Shown: positions 31,174-31,567 of the stretch, in pieces
How positions within the stretch are numbered: position 1 is the first letter of the stretch
Layout: every line of letters starts with the position of its first letter
From: Catajapyx aquilonaris
Taxonomy: Eukaryota
Direction of reading: 5' to 3'
Assembly (NCBI GenBank): GCA_000934665.2
Contig: KZ538242.1
Span: 62,001 to 93,567 of the forward strand
DNA: 31,567 bases
Program-made: the position numbers and the translations under genes
The notes under the pieces: generated by a model
Databases searched by the model: none
What the model saw: only the letters and a program-made list of their open reading frames with translations
What the model was told of the DNA's origin: nothing

Positions 31174-31567
31174 TAGCCTTCTTTGGCTACTGATGGGTAC
31201 TTCTATTAATAAGTGGGTAATGTCTCCTCCTTTTTGTGTTGGGAATATATGTGAAAGATAGCACAGTAGATTGTGGAAGGAATTTAGTGGCATCTGGAAT
31301 GATGACGATCATGATTGGAGACAACTTACTGCACAACTTTGTTGTCAGAGTTGCTACCTCATTGGCCTCTGTGGTAGTACAATAGGGATTGGGTGGAATT
31401 TCGTGCCAAATGCTCGTTGCTGCTAACTTAGCAGTACCAGTGCTGGCAAAAATCTAGCAGTAGGGTAACTAGCAGTGGGATTAAAATTCCACTCACTGTC
31501 TGTATATTTGAAGAAGACTGAAAATTCAAAGTGCTGTAAAGACTAAACCCCCCCCCCCCCATTATTG

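Overview
Eukaryotic genomic DNA with GT-AG introns, probably from an invertebrate (insect or other arthropod; inferred, not determinable here). The window is a dense head-to-tail cluster of eight paralogous multi-exon genes, all on the + strand. They share a core promoter (GGAACGYACC..GAACAGTT plus a YY1/Pho-type AAGATGGCG), an N-terminal amphipathic/coiled-coil exon ([39 protein letters not shown]) that I cannot assign to ZAD, BTB, KRAB or SCAN, an IKVE (SUMO-consensus) exon, a usually 106-nt [13 protein letters not shown] exon and conserved intron phases. The last exon varies. Five genes end in a 6-finger C2H2 array. One ends in a pogo/Tigger (CENP-B-type) transposase DNA-binding domain and one in a piggyBac transposase Cys-rich domain. 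One has lost its zinc fingers and may end in an unknown ORF. A second, start-less CENP-B-type exon lies behind gene 5. The cluster looks like a lineage-specific transcription-factor platform that repeatedly captures transposase DNA-binding domains. It also carries many MITEs, a solo LTR, truncated retroposons and a piggyBac-type insertion that cuts off a seventh zinc finger. All exon models were built by eye from splice signals, phase and paralog comparison, and need RNA evidence.
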